In this document: positions 61,753-64,000 of the stretch, piece after piece | How positions within the stretch are numbered: position 1 is the stretch's first letter | How the letters are laid out: each line of letters begins with the position of its first letter | NCBI GenBank assembly: GCA_032718475.1 | Contig: JAUCBJ010004224.1 | Coordinates: 121,081 to 185,080 of the forward strand | DNA from: Nemertoderma westbladi | Lineage: Eukaryota; Animalia; Xenacoelomorpha | DNA: 64,000 nucleotides | Direction: 5' to 3' | The notes under the pieces: generated by a model | Databases searched by the model: none | What the model saw: only the letters and a program-made list of their open reading frames with translations | What the model was told of the DNA's origin: nothing | Translations under genes and position numbers: made by a program

Positions 61753-64000
61753 ATGTCTGAAGGCGAATGTCGGCGTAAGCCGCCTAAACTAGAGAAAGAC
61801 TATAAAGAATGGGTCAAACTTGTTAGGATGTGGTCTAGAGTAACAACTGTTAAAAAGAAAAATCAGGCCTATGAGGTTATTCTGTCATTCCCGGATGGAG
61901 AGGCACGATCTGCATGTGTGGCAATAGATGATGCAGAATTAGATTCTGAGGTAGGCCTTGAGGCAATTGTGAAAGAATTGGATAAACTGTACCTTAAAGA
62001 CGAACAAACACAGGGGTATGAGGCATGGATAAAATTAAAATCATTCGCCAAAACAACTGACATAAATTTCCAGGGATATTGCAGTCAGTTTTCTAGGCTA
62101 AGAAAGGAAGCAAAGGAATTTGATGTAGAGGTAAGTGAAACCACTTTTGCCTACATGTTGCTTGATAGTGCGGGTTTGGGAAAAGAACAAAGGCTGTTAG
62201 TTTTGTCAGTTGCAATGAGTGCTGCCCATGGTGCTAAAGTAAGTCCAAATCATGTGGAATCTGCACTAAGACGGTTAACAAATTCGATTAAAGGCAAAGA
62301 CGAAGAGGATGTACTACAAACAGCTTGTTTTGAGGACAACGAGACTGAAGTTGTAAGTGATAATGAATTTGATGTTTCTGAATATCAAAAATGGTTTCAT
62401 GGATTAACAGAACAAGATAGAGCTCAAGTTTTTGAATCAGCATTTATTTCCGATCAAGGTACCGGTAGGTCAAAGCGATTACAGAGGAATTATTTCGTAG
62501 GCCGCTCGAGAGTTCCATATCAACGCTATTCTCGGGGTAATGCTTCTTTAAATTACATTAGGGAACCGAACCCCATAGATAAAAGGTCAAATGAACCTAT
62601 GAAGTGTTTGAGTTGCGGAAGTATTTACCATTTAATCAAGAACTGCAACTCCAAATACCGTAATGAATATGTAAACATTAGTACTGGAAATGGCAATAAC
62701 TCTGCAGATTCAATGAATAGAAAAGAAAGAAATGAAATTGCTGAAGACATATATCATATTGAGAGCGCCTTTGCTATGATTGGTGGAATGGATTGTGATT
62801 CAGAGTGCTGGGCAATTATTGATTCAGCAGCAACAAAATCTGTTTGTGGTACAATATGGTACAATAAATTTCGATCTATATTATTCAACAAATTCGGACT
62901 GGTTCCTGAGGAATCCAAAACAACATCTGTATATAAATTCGGTCATGGAGGGATACGAAATGCAGTATTTTCCTCAAAGTTACCTATATATCTCTATGGA
63001 AAAAGATTTAATCTTCATATTGATGTGGTACCTGGTTTACTCCCATTACTTCTGAGTCGGAAAAGCTGTGAGTCATTAGAATTAGTACTGGATTTTAAAT
63101 TGAAAAAGGCTTTCATACAAAATGAGTGGAGGAATCTAGGGTCAACCTCACAAGGTCATTTAGTAGTACCAATTTTAAATTGTGAGAAAAATGGGAATCA
63201 TGTTAGTAATGGTCCAGTTAACAAAGAAAATGGTATTATTGAAATTTTGGTTTCTGAGTCGGGGGGTGAAGGTATATTATCAAAAGATAATGAATCGATT
63301 GCAAGAAAATTGCATCTTCAGTTTAGCCATGCATCTGCAGAGAGGCTGCAGCGTTTGGTAAGAAATTGTGAGGGACTAAAAGTAGAAAACATTACAGGAT
63401 TAAATAAGGCTATTGACAGGATTTGTGATAGATGTGCTATTTGTGCTTCTCAAAAACACCCAGCACCTAAGCCAAAAACGTGTTTGCCATTAGCTGAGGT
63501 TTTTAACAGCTGCATAGCAATGGATTTAACTGATTGGATTAACCCAAACGACTGTCAGAAATATAAACTTTTGCATATTATAGACATAGCTACAAGATAT
63601 TCAGTTGCTCAGTTTGTTAAGGATAAGAATCCCGAGAGTATTATTGCAGGAATCTGTAAGCGGTGGGTGAGTGTATTTGGTCCGCCAATGCGTTTTTTCC
63701 ATGATAATGGTGGTGAATTTACAGCATATGTTATTCTCAGACTTGAACAAAAATTCAATTGTAAAGATGTTTCTACTGCTGCTTATTCTCCGTTTAGTAA
63801 CGGAATTTGCGAGAGGCATAATGGATTGCTAAAGGAAACCTTAACAAAAACAGTTCTTTCAGATAAAACCATTTCAGTAAGTTTGGCTTTAGATTATTCG
63901 ATATATGCTAAGAACTGTTTATATGATAGTGATGGTTTCTCGCCTAGTCAAAGAGTCTTTGGTAGAAATCCTAGAGTACCTTTGTTAGAAGAAGATGATT
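61753..64000 (+). CDS. Copia gag-pol polyprotein (open to window end)
   Basis: Read manually from ATG 61753 (MSEGECRRKPPKLEKDYKEW); CLSCGSIYHLIKNC, AIIDSAATKSVCG, LHLQFSH...CAIC, AMDL, HDNGGEF, SNGICERHN all in one frame. Absent from the ORF track, consistent with no stop codon. Confidence 0.88.
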   Translation, partial: MSEGECRRKPPKLEKDYKEWVKLVRMWSRVTTVKKKNQAYEVILSFPDGEARSACVAIDDAELDSEVGLEAIVKELDKLYLKDEQTQGYEAWIKLKSFAKTTDINFQGYCSQFSRLRKEAKEFDVEVSETTFAYMLLDSAGLGKEQRLLVLSVAMSAAHGAKVSPNHVESALRRLTNSIKGKDEEDVLQTACFEDNETEVVSDNEFDVSEYQKWFHGLTEQDRAQVFESAFISDQGTGRSKRLQRNYFVGRSRVPYQRYSRGNASLNYIREPNPIDKRSNEPMKCLSCGSIYHLIKNCNSKYRNEYVNISTGNGNNSADSMNRKERNEIAEDIYHIESAFAMIGGMDCDSECWAIIDSAATKSVCGTIWYNKFRSILFNKFGLVPEESKTTSVYKFGHGGIRNAVFSSKLPIYLYGKRFNLHIDVVPGLLPLLLSRKSCESLELVLDFKLKKAFIQNEWRNLGSTSQGHLVVPILNCEKNGNHVSNGPVNKENGIIEILVSESGGEGILSKDNESIARKLHLQFSHASAERLQRLVRNCEGLKVENITGLNKAIDRICDRCAICASQKHPAPKPKTCLPLAEVFNSCIAMDLTDWINPNDCQKYKLLHIIDIATRYSVAQFVKDKNPESIIAGICKRWVSVFGPPMRFFHDNGGEFTAYVILRLEQKFNCKDVSTAAYSPFSNGICERHNGLLKETLTKTVLSDKTISVSLALDYSIYAKNCLYDSDGFSPSQRVFGRNPRVPLLEEDD

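Larger units (their letters stand above)
61162..64000 (+). mobile_element. Ty1/Copia LTR retrotransposon, GalEa-like; continues beyond the window
   Basis: 181-bp LTR TGTCAAA...TTTGACA (61162-61342), PBS TGGTAGCAGAG, domain order gag-protease-integrase. Confidence 0.88.

Overview
Eukaryotic DNA, probably from an aquatic invertebrate, made almost entirely of nested transposable elements; I see no host gene. Non-LTR retrotransposons: five L2/Crack-like copies, three CR1-like pieces, five copies of one RTE family, a second bipartite RTE and one RTE-X-like element. LTR retrotransposons: two BEL/Pao elements, a solo LTR and an apparently intact GalEa-type Copia running off the right end. DNA elements: several foldback/MULE-like non-autonomous elements and an IS3EU-like transposon. 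Five signals stand out. (1) A 9 x 394-bp tandem array with a minimal type I hammerhead ribozyme motif in every unit (retrozyme/Penelope-like), ending in a fold-back. (2) A canonical type I hammerhead inside a foldback element. (3) A BEL/Pao element with an extra DEDD-exonuclease-like + zinc-knuckle ORF, and one sarcin-ricin/loop-E-type RNA hairpin repeated in gag, pol, the extra ORF and the LTR. (4) L2-like LINEs with 31-78 aa linkers just before the catalytic YADD motif, one with an in-frame UGA-CUA ORF1/ORF2 junction. (5) Two insertions flanked by 86- and 91-bp direct repeats. All calls are by eye from motifs; clade names were not confirmed by database search, and boundaries without a TSD are approximate.
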